Positions 62,801 through 64,000 of a stretch of 64,000 nucleotides of DNA are shown here, piece after piece. Made by a program: the position numbers and the translations under genes. The notes under the pieces were generated by a model. That model saw nothing but the letters and a program-made list of their open reading frames with translations. It was not told the origin of the DNA and made no database searches. Source of the stretch: Candidatus Woesearchaeota archaeon (GTDB taxonomy: Archaea; Nanobdellota; Nanobdellia; Woesearchaeales; JAZDKJ01); NCBI GenBank assembly GCA_043803105.1, contig JAZDKJ010000008.1, positions 106,787-170,786 on the forward strand, in the 5' to 3' direction. Position 1 is the first letter of the stretch, and every line of letters begins with the position of its first letter.

Positions 62801-63676
62801 CTGCTCCCGCGGCTCGAGGACATATTTGGAGAAAGGTTGTTGCGGCCCTGTAGCTCCAACCACCGATCCGCTCTTCTCTTTGAACGTGAAGAGGGTCGTG
62901 CCGACGGGGTTCGGCTCGCCGGGCGCTGGTTGCAGCGTCGTCACGGTCTTCGTCTTCTGGTTCTGGACGGTGATTTTATCTTTGCTCACGCTCGTCACTT
63001 GGTACTCATTGATCTCATCGTTCGTGGTCGCGCCCGCCTTGAATGCCGTGATGCTGCCTTTTGGGTCCCTGATGAACTGGATCGCGAAGACTCCGGCGTT
63101 GGTCGGCTCGATGCTGCTGACACCATAATACTGCTCGTCCACGTAGAAGTCGAATTGCCTCAGGAGGAACTCGTCCGACGACGGGTCGACCTGGCGCGCA
63201 GAAGCGCCGATCGCCGTGTAAGGATAGTTGTACTGGACGTCGCGATGCATCGGCCGGTAGTTCGGTCCGGTCGTCGGCGCGAGCCGAATATTCTTAGAAT
63301 GGCTCCACGGACAATAGAGAATGAGGAAGAGCTTCGTCCCTTTCGCGACGTCTGTGTATGTCACGCTCATGACGCCCTGGGCGTAGCAAGTCTGGAAGAG
63401 GTACTCGACCGCTTTCGGATAATCGTTTGGGAGCGGCTCTTCGAGCTTGACGCTCGCGACATTGCCGCCCGGATTCGGCAACGCGTTTATTGCCATCGTG
63501 TTCGGCGGATTGAATTGCGTCTGTTTCGCGGATTGGTCGAGGTATGTGTAGGGCTCTCCTGCCACTGTGAAGATGACGCCTGGCCGCGGATACTCCTTCC
63601 CGCCGAGGTTCGCGGAGACGAGCGGTATAACAAGGAAACAAATGATGATTAATGTTAGGGTGAGTGACTTGTTCAT
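59849..63676 (-). CDS. Large secreted/surface protein
   Basis: Signal peptide, Thr/Pro-rich linkers, paired Cys, ITGNAV motif. Confidence 0.75.
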   Translation of the reverse strand: MNKSLTLTLIIICFLVIPLVSANLGGKEYPRPGVIFTVAGEPYTYLDQSAKQTQFNPPNTMAINALPNPGGNVASVKLEEPLPNDYPKAVEYLFQTCYAQGVMSVTYTDVAKGTKLFLILYCPWSHSKNIRLAPTTGPNYRPMHRDVQYNYPYTAIGASARQVDPSSDEFLLRQFDFYVDEQYYGVSSIEPTNAGVFAIQFIRDPKGSITAFKAGATTNDEINEYQVTSVSKDKITVQNQKTKTVTTLQPAPGEPNPVGTTLFTFKEKSGSVVGATGPQQPFSKYVLEPREQSANAKTLELVGEEGNPAILATETTDAWTLCGKKFGKDNLYMTTSGSEAGAALLKVTYVSEPSCADGPEQYYAIGYSQDDQPRFIQVYCGQPSPATAPIALPTTTTPAPDKDYQCGTNSKITQAAQCKPGGTCEFTFTVTKGTTELPKYCLIGFIDSGSILTYTKKVDGKDVEEPLRWIITCDKLASGKKLSMTLPEDAQHPKVFLFPFQPNIVENYLVRLNNSNKTEYDNFVKAIATSDGYQTAALTSMSNEGQCDSTHGGASQPINIPTIATSSGGTPKQGQSTTPAQSLGKNLGEAPFDKIKDGVVYNIKDGETNTGFVLLKITDEIQKAEIPPGGHLSRMFELQARLFNNYPVINYMQWYYLNGGKSVPQNGFTEIKSYDVYCLRQATTNKLAGTLSGDAAINYEYSNSLGKCGAYLFFPKGTTGTINLYKKTSAGTNKETILSLEVTGATRIMTQHLPYNEAAEMLQYGFWTTTIPQAGKPVTVSLSYASDATRTIPVAACAAGSIQLLSADFRESTKLEISDSLQPTRAFLGPADFAYCSAAGEISTLFPNKTLAYVKGTKFISSTALKTTIVEPAFITLALSPTATAPFEIIGSSSKGRTNQGFTADVVVRSDETFASSITLTKPAGAFEREYSTTHDGKVISRFKTVYNNSKWTVKLLSVPNKFTEGFVLNSYYPDGDLVIDFDATHATRGHGPYHSITVKEKKATAPNKTSTQQSTNKVGGATITGNAVDSTTVTTPANQVVTIVFESTKPDQQPMRLVSAYSSKKNVDAAYAISEYRAFATYETSKTPEELRRSVLLADQNTMLAAKENVGISWSKGQGALGTVDLWTGDINPKLTSPEHIYFDVTALIDMTELENGESDKHKYLLVLRPKSKIGTTSDQTPTDIAFAPCGPVCKRCVDGESGTTPSIMKDLTDNEAFELCSLQSDLITKAGMTDQKIRATFSTDYYSQVPCEAEYGRIDMAKGPTIDQMVATC

Positions 63677-64000
63677 CAGGTATTCACCTCAGTAGCAGTC
63701 TCACCCTTAGGACTACATTTAGGAATATTATCAACGATAATCGGTTTCGGTGGTTCAGAAGTCAGGCCTTGGTTGTAATCGTTGTAGTCGTAGAAGTATG
63801 CTATCATCGTCCCGTCATCGTTCACCGTGAGGTCAGTATACCAGCCCTGGTCCTCGTACGCGTAGAGGTTGACATAGCAGTTCTCGTCGATGAACTCGGT
63901 GCCGGGCGTCAATGAGTCGCGCTTGGCGGTGAGCGAATCCCTGATGGTGAACGCCCGTTCGAGGATCGGCCGCAGGGTCGTCGGCGCGCTCCCAACATAT
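63676..64000 (-). CDS. Hypothetical protein, C-terminal part (start beyond window)
   Basis: Frame stays open to the window edge; stop overlaps next ATG. Confidence 0.6.
   Translation of the reverse strand, partial: YVGSAPTTLRPILERAFTIRDSLTAKRDSLTPGTEFIDENCYVNLYAYEDQGWYTDLTVNDDGTMIAYFYDYNDYNQGLTSEPPKPIIVDNIPKCSPKGETATEVNT

Noticed and set aside
51603-63915. Numerous long antisense and alternate-frame ORFs
   Set aside because: Expected by-product of high GC overlapping well-supported genes.

Overview
Archaeal genomic window, most likely DPANN/Woesearchaeota-like. This rests on the archaeal 16S 5' end ATACCCGTTGATCCTGCGGGA, TFE, Kae1, LonB, eL41 and deoxyhypusine synthase, together with bacterial-type IspH and ThrRS. 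It holds about 60 CDSs, five tRNA genes that each carry 2-3 introns, and a 16S-tRNA(Ala)-23S operon interrupted by seven introns of three mechanistic classes (five BHB, one group I, one group II). Highlights: (1) A group IIC-like intron at the 16S decoding site encodes a LAGLIDADG endonuclease instead of a reverse transcriptase. It has a 5'-terminal insert and no canonical branch-point bulge, and its ORF has no stop inside the linear intron but gains one (AAT-GAA-TAA) if the intron ends are joined into a circle. (2) An array of four unrelated gene cassettes lies behind tRNA-Glu(TTC), separated by 49-bp repeats built from the tRNA's own 5' and 3' ends. (3) A short covarying hairpin element is shared by two tRNA T-loop introns, a 16S intron and a tRNA leader. 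(4) tRNA 5' ends are duplicated in upstream leaders, and two tRNAs have C at invariant-U positions. A sharp rise in GC content right after the 23S gene (~49.4 kb) suggests the right-hand 14.6 kb may come from another genome or contig. All assignments are by eye, with no database searches; intron boundaries may be off by 1-2 nt.
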